A program made the translations under genes and the position numbers. A stretch of DNA of 64,000 bases from Eledone cirrhosa. Its lineage: Eukaryota. Below, piece after piece: positions 1 through 13,962 of the stretch. The stretch lies in assembly GCA_964016885.1 (NCBI GenBank), contig OZ024740.1, forward strand, positions 256,308,001 through 256,372,000, given 5' to 3'. How positions within the stretch are numbered: the stretch's first letter is position 1; every line of letters begins with the position of its first letter. Below the pieces are notes generated by a model. It saw only the letters and a program-made list of their open reading frames with translations, made no database searches and was not told where the DNA came from.

Positions 1-169
1 AGCAAGACATACCCTTTTCAAAGACCTCCCTGTATAGTTAAGAAATGTATAATCTGTAAATTAAGCCCCCCTATTAACTGTAAAACTAGAAATGTAGTAT
101 ATAGCATAAGATGTACTGAAGGACAATGTAGAGATAAAAATATAGTGTACATAGGTGAGACAGCTCGTA
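1..169 (+). mobile_element. Fragment of a diverged Penelope-like element (GIY-YIG region), cut by the window edge
   Basis: Aligns by eye to 1882-2050 (SKTYPF..C...KC..CK....NCKTRNVVYSIRCTEG.C......YIGETAR) with many substitutions. It breaks just after YIGETAR. Confidence 0.8.
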
Positions 170-2620
170 ATGCTATCTATTGACATCCTACCAGACTTAT
201 CCGTGGGTAGCATGCCGAGCTACATCAAGGCTATGCAGTCCCACATCACCACCACGAGCGAAATTGCACATCAAACATATGATGGGAGAGAGAAAATCTT
301 CAACGCTCACATGATGTGGACCGACATCCTAAAGCCAAACAGACGCACTGCCAACAACTTCCAGGCGTCTCACACTGGCATACCACCCTTGTATGGGCTC
401 CGCAAAGACCACAAGACAGTCGACGACCCGACAACAGGACCACAGACAAGACCTGTATGCGGAGCAAATATAGCTAGCAACTACAGGATCTCCTACTTCC
501 TCTCAATGGTTATACGCCCCATAATCAAGATGTCCCCAAATGTATGTGACAGTACAGAGGACCTCGTCAGCAGCATTAGTGAGTGCAACAAAAACAGGAA
601 CCTATCCAACTGCATAATAGGCAGCATGGATGTGGTATCACTGTACCCATCCATTAACATTGATTTTGCTGTGGAAAAATATGTTGAGATGATCATTGAG
701 AGTGAGGTGGAGTTCTGCGACGTCGACACAGACGAACTGGGCCTCCTACTTAGACTTACCTACGACACTGACTACCTAGACAGCCATGACCTTAGACGCT
801 TCTGCCCCAGTAGACCCATAAGAGGTAGACCCCCCCCCCCCCACACACACACACACTAACCTCAATGGCTAAAAAGACTCCCATGGGAAGGTGGATTGGG
901 TGGACCAAAGCTATACGGACCCCGCAAAACAATGATCAGGTAAGAAAAATGGTTGCACATGCAATAGGGGCTAGTATCAAAACTACCCTAAAGGGCCACA
1001 TATTCAAGTTCAACGAGAAGATCTACACCCAAAATGAGGGAGCAGCCATTGGCGTCAGCATAGCTGGTGATGTTGCCAACCTTTTTATGGTATAGTGGGA
1101 AAGCAGACTTAAAGATCTCCTTAATGAGAGCTCCATAGACCTCATCATGTACTCTCGTTACGTAGACGATATCAATATAGTTATAAGAACATCCCCACTA
1201 GAGAGCACTAACAAGTTTGATTTAGAACGTAGCACAATGGAAAGCATCCAGCAGATAGCTAATTCCATACACCAGAGTATAACTGTAACTATCGACTACC
1301 CTTCCAAACACCCCAACAATAGACTGCCTGTATTAGACACGGAATTCTGGATTAACAATATAGACGAGAGAGCCCAAATTCTCCACTCACTCTATTCTAA
1401 ACCCATGGCCTCCAAATACCTGATACTCAAAAACTCAACAATGTCCTGTATTGTTAAGTTTAATATTCTGATCGCAGATTTGGTACGAGTGATGAAGAAT
1501 GTGTCCCGCATGTGCGACCCAACAGAAATGGTAAGACACATCAAACACTTCATCAACCGCATGCAGTTCTCTGGCTACAACCAAAGAGACAGAGTCAGAG
1601 TATACGAAGGAGCCATGGAGAAGTATAAGACCCTCATAGAACTGGATAGGAAAGGAATTTGCCCATTATACAGGAGCAAATCATGGAATAGCTTAGATAG
1701 GGCTAGACATAAGATAGGGAAAGCCACCTCATGGTACGACAACCAGAGATACAAGAGTGTCATGTTTGTGGACGCTACCCCTGGAGGGAAATTAGCTAAC
1801 CAGTGTAGAAAGGCCCTGAGAAAGACCCACTTAAAGATTAAGGTGGTAGAAAAGCCAGGAACCACCATAAAATCCCTGATCAGCAAAACCTACCCTTTTA
1901 AGAAAACCCACTGTACTAATAGGAAATGTATCATATGTAAGGTAAACCCCCGAATAAACTGTAAAACTAGAAACGTAGTCTATAGCATAAGATGTACAGA
2001 GGGTACTTGCAGAAACATGACAACAACATACATAGGTGAGACAGCTCGTAGCATAGGTGAGAGGATAGACCAACAATGGGGGGAACTAAAAGGACGAAAA
2101 AACGGTTCAGTACTATACGAACATGCCAGACAACAACACGATGGTAACATAGACAACATAGAAATTAGAATAATATCTAAACATAGAAATGACCCAGCAG
2201 ATAGGCAAATCAGAGAGGCCAGTGAAATAGAACTTAGAAGGCCAAGGCTAAACAGAAAGAATGAATGGAATAACAACAACACCCAAACAAACAACACTGA
2301 CCTAAGAGAAGTATAAATAAATAAATAGATAAATAAATAAATAAATACATACACAAGCACAGTAACAACAAACACATATAAACACACACTAGTAAAGATA
2401 GAATACATTAGCCAATACACAGTCACCCAATCACGAACACACATCAAACAAAACACTATACACACACGCAAACGCATGCGCAAAGTAGACAAAATAAAAT
2501 AAACAAATAAATAAATATATAAACAGACTAAATAAAGATGGCGTAGAAAAAACAATGCAACGGGAGGAAACAATAGCACCACTGACGATGTTGCAGATGT
2601 GCAACGAAAGAACTTTGATA
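170..2620 (+). mobile_element. Penelope-like retroelement (RT + GIY-YIG endonuclease), 5'-truncated and pseudogenised, with 3' UTR
   Basis: ORFs 155-859, 865-1095 and 1147-2316 carry PLE RT motifs (LYGLRKDHK, RPV, SMDVVSLYPSI, Q.EG.AIG, RYVDD, LPVLD) and GIY-YIG motifs (VVYSIRC...YIGETARS..ER, R.I.EA..I...P.LNRKNE). Frameshift at poly-C ~830-842 and TAG at 1093-1095. Confidence 0.9.
2577..2620 (+). ncRNA. Degenerate hammerhead ribozyme at the 3' end of the PLE
   Basis: CTGACGA(2582)-T-GTTGCA-gatg-TGCAAC-GAAA-GaaC-TT. Stem I is weak. Confidence 0.55.
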
Positions 2621-2876
2621 AACTATATATATGTGTATGTGTCTATATTGTATCTGTATTATTTTTGACCGTTGGTCAGTCAATGGCAACATTGAGGACC
2701 GAATAAATTAGATTACCGATATAAAAGACACAGAAGCGAAAAGCGAAAACCAACCAAACAGTGAGTGTGTTCTGTTATTAATTCTGGCAATATCACACAA
2801 ATATGACCCTCTCCAAATATAACAATATTTGTTTCGACACACGATTTCATATAAAAAACCTCGCAAAACTAATTCA

Positions 2877-3060
2877 TCGCCGTTGAATTGGCAGTAACGG
2901 TAGAGGGTCGGACATGCTTTCTAGCATAGTTACGTCCCTTTACGATCTGAGTTCAAATCCTTCCGAGGTTAACTTTGCCTTTCATCCTTACAGGGTCGAT
3001 AAAATAAAGTACCAGTATTGTACTGGATAATTGCTGGCCTTGTGCCTAAAATAGAAACAG

Positions 3061-3062
<2 letters not shown>
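2877..3062 (+). mobile_element. tRNA-derived SINE (octopus-type)
   Basis: B-box GAGTTCAAATC and body ccgaggttaactttgcctttcatcc...gtcgataaaataaagtaccagt. Six copies in the window. Confidence 0.85.
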
Positions 3063-3118
<56 letters not shown>

Positions 3119-3154
3119 GTATATACATACATACATATATATCTATATATATGG

Positions 3155-3757
3155 TGGCTGCCAACTCGTTTTCGAGTACGGCCAATACTTTATATCCATC
3201 TAGGAGAACCCCTACCGATGCGCTGAACGAATATGACTTTTTAGTCCAGCCAGCGACTTGAAAACTCTGGTACAAACACTACACCTGTGACAATTATTGA
3301 CACATAGTGCTGGGCCCATGGTACCATGTAACGACAAGTGCAGGAAGATCTCCAGATATAAAGCAATGCCTGTGCCGTGAAGCTTTTATAGTGAGCAAAG
3401 GCACTGCACAAAGCCAGTCCCACTCTCTTAACCAAGATGATATTTACCAAAAAGAAGAACAAGTCAACATCATTGGATACCATCAGGGCTGCAGGTGTTA
3501 TATCAGAGTTTTCCTTCTCCTAGAATTCTGCCTTGACAAAGGCTAAGCGGTCATCTCTCCCGGTGATTTTGGATGGCCATTGAATCTTAAGAGCTCCTTT
3601 GCCCTTTGACAGGTTTTGTTTTTAGTCCTGCAGGATGTCCAAAGTCACCCTCCTCACCAAGAAACCTTGGTGGGGTTGCCAGTTTAGTCGCCAACGACCA
3701 TGAGACAGGTTGTACTGGGATACATGTTACCAGTAGCACCAACTGGTGACCTGACAC
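3155..3757 (-). mobile_element. 5' fragment of an RTE-like LINE
   Basis: The minus strand has ctaggagaaggaaaactctga, a motif I associate with RTE 5' regions. A related copy lies at ~51440-51775. Confidence 0.45.
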
Positions 3758-3787
3758 AACATATATATATATATATATACATACATT

Positions 3788-3883
<96 letters not shown>

Positions 3884-3898
3884 CATATATATATATAT

Positions 3899-3970
<72 letters not shown>

Positions 3971-3975
<5 letters not shown>

Positions 3976-4265
3976 AACCAGTAAGACCCCGACAGCTGAG
4001 CTCAAGCCGTTTCGACGGCTAATTCTGGACTAAATGAAAATTTATCCTGGTATTTAAATAGCCGATCTTCTCAAGGAATTACCCCTTGAGAAGATCGGCT
4101 ATTTAAATACCAGGATAAATTTTCATTTAGTCCAGAATTAACCGTCGAAACGGCTTGAGCTCAGCTGTCGGGGTCTTACTGGTTCCTATTACCCACTCTA
4201 CTACCTCAAGTATTGAGTACTTTGGTGCGTTATGGTCCACCTGGTTCCTTACCACATTTCCTTCG

Positions 4266-4268
<3 letters not shown>
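3971..4268 (+). mobile_element. Small HHR-bearing element with a 106-bp fold-back, inserted in (TA)n
   Basis: Arms 3971-4076 and 4084-4189 are reverse complements with 1 mismatch. Relatives at 62015-62193 and 62783-62975. Confidence 0.8.
4081..4174 (+). ncRNA. Type I hammerhead ribozyme, U3-A8 core variant, long stem II
   Basis: ACCCC-TTGAGAA-GATCGGCTA...TAACCGTC-GAAA-CGGCT-tgagctc-AGCTG-TC-GGGGT. Predicted cut after 4169. Mirror copy on the minus strand at 3987-4078. Confidence 0.65.
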
Positions 4269-4310
<42 letters not shown>

Positions 4311-4317
4311 TATATAC

Positions 4318-4366
<49 letters not shown>

Positions 4367-4367
4367 C

Positions 4368-5059
<692 letters not shown>

Positions 5060-5744
5060 AGTATGTATACATATTTATATGTAAGTCACTGCCGTACTAA
5101 GAGTGAGAAATGAAATCTCGTTTCATTTTTACACCGAATATTATATTAAATCCATACGGCGAATCCATACGTACATACATATATGTCTGCATGTATGTAT
5201 ATATATACATACTACTGTACGTCTGTATACATATATGTATGTACGTGTACATACTTATATTTAAGTAACAGCCGTACTAAGAGTGAGAAATGAAATTTCG
5301 TTTCATTTTTTTCCGTTTATCGTTTTCGGTGCGCCCGGCCGATTAAGTCACTCGATATGCAAATTAGGCTGCTCAGCCGTTAATATGCATAAGGAAAGTA
5401 TATACTTTCAGATGTTGAATCATCTGGCAGGAAGGTATACGTTGCTGACGATAGCTAATAAGCTTGAAACTAGTACAGCGTTCCTTTGTCAGTGTTGAAC
5501 AAACGAGCAACGATGGTTGCTAGACACTGTACGGCTTAATTTGGGATGTTTGTTTACAAACAGACCGAGCATTATAATAAATGTTCGGCGAATCCATACG
5601 CACATATATATATATGTGTGCATGTATGTATATATATATATATACATACTACTGTACGTCTATATACATATATGTATGTACGTATACATACTTATATTTA
5701 AGTACTAAGAATGGGAAATGAAATTTCGTTTCATTTTTTCCGTT

Positions 5745-5745
<1 letters not shown>
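5060..5745 (+). mobile_element. HHR-bearing element (family B), more than one unit of a ~430-bp monomer; HHR at 5439-5481
   Basis: ACGTTG-CTGACGA-TAGCT-aata-AGCTT-GAAA-CTAG-TA-CAGCGT. ggcgaatccatacg recurs at 5158 and 5588; tactaaga..g.gaaatgaaat recurs at 5095, 5275 and 5703. Confidence 0.8.
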
Positions 5746-5775
<30 letters not shown>

Positions 5776-5794
5776 CATTATTATCATTTAGAAG

Positions 5795-5837
<43 letters not shown>

Positions 5838-6701
5838 GCATTATTATCATTTAGAAGTAACGCTAAAATAGCGCTATTCATAACACAGTTGTATATTAAG
5901 CCAATTCAGAATCTTTATATATAATAAATATAAGTTTCGCTATGGGTATGTTAAGCTGTATAATATTACTGCTTCTGAGTAACAACTATTAGACACGATA
6001 TTAACTGTACCCGTGTGTTTTTATGGTGGCTGTGATAATAACTGTGACAGTCCTGGACAGTGGTATATAGAGAGGAATGCCAAATATAGCTCACTCGCAT
6101 GCCGCGTAGCAATTCTACAGATATATAGAAAAATCAGTAGTAGAAATATACAAATGAATTATAATTTATATATAAAATATTGTCTCGCTGTACCACAATC
6201 GCTCAATGTAACTTTGGCGCGAAATTACCAAAAACAGAGAGCTGTCCGATGTGCACTTGCCACTACAACTTCAATGAACATCTAGCGCATTAGACAGCTC
6301 GTGATCAGGATAATTGTTAATTTTATTAAATAATCCCTCTAACTTTGTTCATGTTTCCTTATCACCTTCCCTTCCACGCAAAATCTAATCAGTCCACTCT
6401 GATTCAAGAATCTATATTTTTTTCTTATCTACTGATTGGGGATAATATGGAATTAATACCATTTGCGTTGCCGCCTCGGAAAACAACATCTGTTGATTTC
6501 AAAATTATTATTATTATTTTTCCTTTTCCTTCAGTACTGTTTCCAATATATGCCTAGTGTCTTCCTGACACCTATGGCAATTAAACTCACTGTATACATT
6601 GGTAAACCAGTTAACACACCACATTGAATATAATTTGCAGCCTAAAAGACCCCCCCCCCCAAAAAAAAAGAAAAGAAGCACATATATATATATATATACA
6701 T

Positions 6702-7795
6702 ACTAACTGCAGTAATCTGTAATACCCAGGAAAGGTGGGTTTATTCGCAAGGGAATTCCTCAGGCGGCTAATCTTCTCATTGGTATGAGTAACCGCCTTC
6801 GTTTTTGTTACTGAGAACAACCCGAACGAAGTTTCACCTCAAAAACGGCCGCAAACAATTAATATACAGGTAGCATGAATATATGCCAACATACGACTTG
6901 ATATTAATTCTTCTAAACAATGTCATAGTGAGTCAATTTCCAGGTCGTCGGTCATCGCATTGAATGTTATCAGCAGACCTCGTTTGGTTACCGACTGCTG
7001 AAAGCTCCTGAACTACCCTAAATCGTCACCCTACGTCATTTTTGCTTGATATAAATAAGTTGGGTGATAGGAAAACCGAAAGATTTTAAATGTTAGTTCC
7101 GTAGGTAACTGCAAAAACAGCGCAAAGTGACGATTCAGCGCCCTTCAGAAGCTTGACAGTAGTAGTTAACCAAGGAGGGATGGGGGTGGGTGTCATCTGA
7201 TGAGCTGTGTGGCTAGGAAAATAAGCAACGATACCGTTAATCGCTAATGACTCTGTTGGCTTTCTGCATCCTGTCATTGTAAGTGTAAGCGCCCACTACA
7301 TGTAGCTAGTTTTGTGTAATGCTAAGTTAGTAAGTTCAAAACTTGGAGTTTAAGTGTTAAGAAATTGAATTGTTTTGATATAGTACTCTAACATAAAGGC
7401 ATAAAACATGGGTTTTATTGAAAATCTAATGTGGGCTTGCCTAGTAGTGTTGAGGTCGCAAGGAAAAAGACTGTTAAGTGAAAACGAATGGAGTTACTTA
7501 CGTTTAAAAGGACAATTCGTGTAATGTAAATTCAATAGAGAACGCACGCGTTTGTAAACCAAGAACAATCTTTCCACGATCCGACACCTCAAAATATGGA
7601 CAAAATAAACTCATTTCTAATTGTAAAGATGTCCTAGTGTTTCCATTATTGATTTTTATTGAAATCCAATTAGGCAGTCCTGTTTCTGAATATTAGCTTA
7701 ACATGTGTGTTAATGAGGATCGGATCACTGGTGTAGGCGCCAACTGGTTACACACAGATACACAGACAGACAGAAATTGCCATTTATATAGTAGA
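6702..7795 (-). mobile_element. Probable non-autonomous Helitron; left boundary uncertain
   Basis: Minus-strand 5' end aTCTACTATATAAAT matches the end of the element at 44909-45996. No clean CTAG 3' end seen. Confidence 0.4.
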
Positions 7796-7889
7796 TATAT
7801 ACACACACATATATATACATATATATATACTCACATGCACATACACACACACGTATGTATATATTCGTACACACACAGACACACACACG

Positions 7890-7937
<48 letters not shown>

Positions 7938-8069
7938 CATACACACACATACAAATGCATACACATACCCATACACATATACACATACATAGACATACAT
8001 ATAAATAAACGATATCCATGCACGCACACACAGACACAGACACACACTCATCCCCACATACATACATGG

Positions 8070-9000
8070 AGGGTTATCATTCTCACAGAGATAGTGCTCT
8101 TCTCAATACATGTCAAGTACAAATCAAAGCAATTTTTTGCACCTCTTGCAGAGAGGGTAAACCAGGGATCATTCTCAAATACTGTTCTGTCCCTTTCTTG
8201 ATCATTCCCAGTGCTCCTACAATCACTAGTATTGTAACAGCCTTGAAGTGCCATATCTTTTCGATTTCAATAAGCAGATCTCATATTTTCTTACCAAGAC
8301 AAATTCTTTTGCTGCGATATTGTGATCACATGGGATTCTCATATCAATCAATAAACAGAGCTTGCTATGTTAGTATGTTACAATGATATTTGATCTATTA
8401 GCTTTTATGGTTCGGTCAGTATGTACAGGAAAGTCCCAAAGAATTGTTACTTTTTCTTCTTCAGTTACAGCTTCAGGGTGATGATTGTACCACTTGTCAG
8501 CAGTTTTGATTTTATAATGCCGATATATTACCCAGTGTAGATATTGGCCAACTCTCTCATGTCTAGATTTGTACTCTACTGGTGCTAAAAGTTTACATGC
8601 AGAAACTAAATGGTCTACTGTTTCAACCTCAACATTGTAGAATCGGCACTTTGGATTTGTTCCATTTCTCATCACATTGGCGTGGTGTCAGGAAGCTTGG
8701 GCAGCTAAGATGAAGCCTTCACTCTCTGCCTTTAGCCCTGAGCTACGTAGCCACTGATGGATGAGCGTTTGGTCAACATCAGCTTCTTTGCTACGGGCCA
8801 CGTGTTTGATATACAGAGGTTTCTGCTCCTAGATGCATAACAGCCTCAGTTGTAACAGTTTCCTTGGCCTTTCCAATCTGGGTATCAAACATGAGATAGG
8901 TAGCGTATTTTTGCTACACTTCAAGATAGAATGAAGCTTCTTACTTCTCTGATATTTTTCAACAAGTTTCAGCACACAGTCATTTGTTGTTTCAAGGTAT
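8070..9000 (-). mobile_element. Dong/R4-clade non-LTR retrotransposon, 3' fragment (CCHC + restriction-like endonuclease)
   Basis: CRF....ETVDHLVSAC..LA..EYKSRH..V...LHW, ILWDFPVHTDRTIKANR, upstream WLRSSGLKAESEGFILAAQ, and terminal VIVGALG. Confidence 0.8.
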
Positions 9001-9012
9001 TATTATTATTAA

Positions 9013-9202
9013 AGGGCGGTGGATTGGCAGTATCGGTAGAGGGTCAGCCGCCATGCTTTCCAGCATAGTTACGTCCCTTTACGATCTGAGTTCAAATCTC
9101 GCCGAGGTTGACTTTGCCTTTCATCCTTATGGGGTCGATAAAATAAAGTACCAGTAACGTACTGAGATAATTACTGGCCTTGTGCCAAAAGTAGAAACAA
9201 TT
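9013..9202 (+). mobile_element. tRNA-derived SINE
   Basis: Same family as 2877-3062, with B-box GAGTTCAAATC. Confidence 0.85.
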
Positions 9203-9205
9203 ATT

Positions 9206-10206
9206 AGCGCTTGGAGACTGGAATGTCTTCAGGCCCTCAAAGCCCTCGACCAGTCGGGCAATGTGATCGGTGGAAACTCCATCTTGGCGTTCTATAGAGG
9301 ATGGGTGGAGGGGAAGAGCGACGACGTACTTGGGGAAACTCTAGGCCTCGACGAAAATCAACTAGCCAATCTATTCGGAAGAACTTTCGGGCCGCGGCCT
9401 ATGGACAACTTCCAGAAATCCCTGGCCTGGCAGTGCTACCGAGGAGCTTTGCCAGTTCGGGATAAACTTTACAGGCATGGAAGTGCCGTCAGCCGGGCAT
9501 GTCCGAGATGCGCGCAGGGCTCGAAACCGTCCTGCACACACTCGTCCAGTGTCCGAGCATTTCTGAATTGTGGGTTCATGTGGAACACCTGCTGTCACGT
9601 GTAGGACGGATCCGGCTATCAGCTGAGTCCATCGTGAGGATTGCCCCGCCCTCCTCCTTTAGCCGGGAACGGCAGGCAGTTTTTATCTGTCTGGTGACCA
9701 TGGCGAAAGAGATAGTATGGTGGACGCGTTTGACAGGGCTGAAGACGAGCACTTACCTCTTAGGTGATGCCCTGATTAACTTTTTCAAATTTCATTTGAA
9801 AAGGAAAATCAGGGTAGAGAGGGAGGTGCTCTCTTCCCAGCATTTTGTTGAAAGATGGGTGAGAGAAGCAAGTATGGCCCGAGTGAATAGGCCAGGCCTA
9901 CTCTGAGTATGTGCCTGTAAATTAAAGGTGGAAAACTGGGAGAGGGCACTTGCCCTGGTGGTCAGGGTCACCGTGGCTTTTTTAATGGGATTCTCTACGA
10001 ATGTCCCTCGGAAGTCTCCCCCCCCCCCCCCCACACCTATTGGGGAATTTTTCATTGTTTCTTTTTTGTTACATCCTTTGTTTTTGTTTTTAGACGCAGA
10101 AATGCCCATTTGTACCGTCCTGTATTGTCTTGTATTGTCCTTAATTTCGTACTTTGTGTAAACCCTTGTGGTTAATAAAGAAAGCATTATTATTATTATT
10201 ATTATT
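9206..10206 (+). mobile_element. Tx1/L1-clade LINE copy A (5'-truncated, ORF2 C-terminus + 3' UTR + (ATT)n tail)
   Basis: Closely matches 24816-25821. AATAAA followed by (ATT)n. Confidence 0.9.
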
Positions 10207-13200
10207 GAAGGTGAAGCCACGCTTCTTATCGGCTCCAGTTTTTTTCAACAGTATTACCTCGTTTTCAACCGTTCTTAACCTTTTATTCAAGTTTTAAACT
10301 TGATAAAAGTTTAGAAGAAGTGACCCACCTAATACAGGGGTTCACTCGTAAATAATACGTCACCCCTTTATTATTTGAAAAACTAAATTTCTTTCAACAT
10401 GGATAACACAAGAGAGAGACCGCTGTCAGACAACACAGAGAGAGGGAGTCTCTGTCAACATATCAATAGGACAGCGTTCTAGCGAAGGTGAATATAAAAG
10501 AAAATATTACGAAGGAAAAGAGGAACAATATCATTTTTAATGATATTGTTACAGATTTAAAATTACCAAATATTTCTAATACAAACAACACCAACAATAA
10601 CACCAACAACAACACCATCAATAACAGCAGCAACAACAAAAATAACAGCGGTAAGGTCGAGAACGACAATAACAATGACAATAATAACAGCCACAACAAC
10701 AATAATAGTAGGAACAGTATCAACAAAAACAACAATAATAACAACAGCCACAATAACAGTAACAACAGCAACAGTATCAACAATAACAGCAACAACATCA
10801 ACATTGACATCGATACCTGTAACGATCTTAGTACCACCAGCAGAGACCAGTAGCGGCAGTAATAGTGGTGCCGCTGAAAAAGGAACCACTTCTTTTACAG
10901 GTGGGGCACGAAATATCGAAACAGTGCTAGTCACAGAGGAGGAGATGGCAATCGCAAGGGCCATGGTGACAAGAAACGCCAATAGAGTTTCCCTGAAACC
11001 TCCACCCGATTTTTTCAAGGACCAGCAGCTATGGACGGTGATTTACCGCACCGTAAGCAAGATGTCACATCGGGTGGAGAGAGCCACGGAGGCTCAAATA
11101 CAAAAGGCCTTGGGGTGCGTCTGAGCACGCAAAACCCACATTACCCGAGGCAGAAGGTACGCCGCACTAGACGTACTTTTCGCCACCCCCCACAAGACGC
11201 GAAGTCTCACACTTTGGAAACCCTAAAGAGTGAAGAGATAGTCTTGGTGCCCTCCTACTGCGTGCAGAAAATTGTGAGGGTCAAAGTGACCCAGGTCCCA
11301 CCCGACGTGCCCATACCTTGGGTGGCCGCATCTGTCCTTGCTGGAATCGAGGACAGGATGACCATGTTGCAAGTGGAGAAAATAGGGAGAGAGAACTGGT
11401 CAGGTATAGACATGAAAATTCTTATACAAACTGACCAGGTGTGTATCGAGGTTAACCCCGATATCATAGACATCGAGGAAGGACTCCAACTCCCTATAAG
11501 TGTAGAAGGAAGTGGGCTAAAATGTTATCTCTGTGGGTCGAAGGGTCACCTCGGGGGCTTTTTCCCGCAGAAGACAGCGAAGAAAAAGGCTCCCCCTCCT
11601 TCTAATGCCGGGTCCGCTGCCCCCAAGTCCAAGACAGGCAACAAAAACAGGCAACAAATGGTGAGTAGAAGAGCAATGTCCGTAGCACCCGTACCAAGGC
11701 CACGGACAACTGAAGCAGCAGCATCAGTAGCGGCAACATCAGTAGCTACATTTGAAGTAGCTACACCAGCAACAAAATCGCCGGAGAGGGCTCTACTACC
11801 ACCTCCAACAGTCGTGGAGCACATACCCCTCCCGGACGCCACGGAATCCGACATGGAGTTTGAGGCGGGAGTGAAGTGGCAAACGGCCTGCCACTAAAAA
11901 ACAAAAAGAAAAAAACCCTTAGCTTAACCTTCCAAAAGCGAAGGCAAACAAAAAGGGGTAAAGGCTGCAATGCGACTCGCAGCAACGCCACCACCATCAC
12001 CACCAACAACCACCACACCACCACCACCGGCATCACCACAAACATCAACTTCGCAAACTCAACAAGACAAACATACCCAACAGCAGCAACAAGAAGACAG
12101 CAACAAAACCAAACCACCCCCAAAACATTACACAACCATAAACATGGCAAATAAAGAATCTTAGAACATATAAAGCAGCACACAGACATTACGGATAAAA
12201 TTACTACACCCCACCAACACCAAGAACTCTCCCGAAAAATATAAACATTATTGAAATTAAAATAGAACATTACAAACATTTAAAAGAAAAATTCTCCAAT
12301 GCAGTTGGAGACTTCAGGGGGTCAGTTACCAAGAGGATATACACCGACATCATCAAGGAGACACCCATGATCAGCCAAAGGGACGGTTCAACTGTCCCTT
12401 CCCCACACGATCAGGGTAGGTGATCCTTTTTCACTTACTCCATTCCTCACCGAACATGGCCTTACTTAGAATAGGCAGTATAAATGTATGTTACATGGGG
12501 TCATCTTGGAAGCAGGGCCACCTGGTTAACGATCTCAGGTCACTAAACATAGATGTGGTGGCCATCTGCGAGACCAGAATTTCCGAAGCACGAGATTTCG
12601 CACCAATCTTCGGCGGCTACGATGTGTACGCATCTCCCAGCCGTCCTTGATAGGGGGAAGGAGTTGATGTGCTTTTTCGGAGAGGCTTGGAATCGCCATA
12701 CGGGCCATCTTCCTGGACCCAGAAGCTAAGTCGGTGGTGCTGGACGTGACCGGCAGCGAAGGCAGGACGGCTAGATTTCTTCAGACGTCTAGAGACCTTT
12801 CTTGGAACGTCCCGCTCTTTAGTGTTAGTGGGTGACTGGAACGCTGGTATTATGTGGGGGCTAGTAAATAAGGGAGGAGGATGTAAAAGCCTCACCAACC
12901 TGCTCAGACGTTTTCAACTGTCTGACAGGTATCGACTGGGTTATCCGGATGTGCCAATGTGGTCATGTGCAAACCGTAACGGGTCACCCAGATCGTATCT
13001 AGATAGAGTATTGTGTAGGGAAACAGATAAGGCTAGCGTAGGATGTCCACAATTTAAAGTAGTTGGCTACTCGGACCACAAATTTGTGATCTGTGAAGTT
13101 GACTTAAATAGACTTCATAGCAAGACCTGGTTACTGAAGCTGAACGCGTCTTTCCCGGCGCGCAGAGCTTACAGAGACCGGATAAGCGAATTAGTTAAGC

Positions 13201-13962
13201 GTACGTTGACGGGTGCGATCGTCAACAACAGGTTGTGGTTTACCCTGAAAAGGGCAATTAGAGTAGAATCAATGAGGTTTAGCAAAGGGGTAAAGATAGA
13301 GGAAAATAGGAGAGCTAGTTAGAAAGCTAGAAGAGGCGTTTAGGACAGGCATCGCATCCGACGTGTTTGGGGCGAGATTGGCACTCGATGGATCCGGTTA
13401 TCGACTGAGTACATTGTGCAGATAGTCCCGCCATCCTCCTTTGAGGAGGGGGAAGGGCAGGCAATTTTTATCTGCCTGGTGGCCATGGTGAAAGAGATTG
13501 TATGGTTGACAAGGTTGAAAGTATTGAAGCCGGACACTTTCCTCCTTCGGTGAATCCCTGATTAACTTTTTCAAATTTCACTTGAAGAGGAAAATCAGAG
13601 TGGAGAGACAAGTGCTGTCTTCAAATAAGCTTGTTGAAAGGTGGGTGAAAGTGACGAGTCTGGTCCGAGTGAACGGGCCCGCTCTGAGTATGCGCCTGTA
13701 GACTAAGGAGTGGAAAACTGAGAGAGGGCGCTTGCCCTGGTGGTCAGGGTGGCCATGGTCTTTTGTGTGGTTTTCGCCACGAGTGACTCTCGGAAGTTTC
13801 CCCCCATTGGGAAATTTTTTGTTGTTTGAATTTTTGATATTTCTATCTTCTTGTTATAACCTTTTTTATACGGCCAAAACCCACTTTGTATCGTCCTGTA
13901 CCGTTCTGTGCCGTCTGTAATGTTTTGTGGCCAATAAATAAACCATTATTATTATTATTATT
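10207..13962 (+). mobile_element. Tx1/L1-clade LINE copy B (broken ORF1, APE endonuclease; RT removed by a ~2.1 kb internal deletion at ~13388)
   Basis: ORF1 homology including CYLCGSKGH. APE motifs RIGSIN, VGDWN, YLDR, SDH. The sequence jumps from the linker to the ORF2 C-terminus. (ATT)n tail. Confidence 0.88.

Noticed and set aside
2877-2965. tRNA gene
   Set aside because: Only a tRNA-like SINE head with a B-box; no cloverleaf.
3600-3757. HDV-like ribozyme at the 5' end of the RTE-like fragment
   Set aside because: I could not build the nested double pseudoknot by eye; it needs a descriptor search.
7192-7235. CTGATGA...GGAAA as a hammerhead
   Set aside because: Stem II does not abut GAAA, and there is no stem III or stem I partner.
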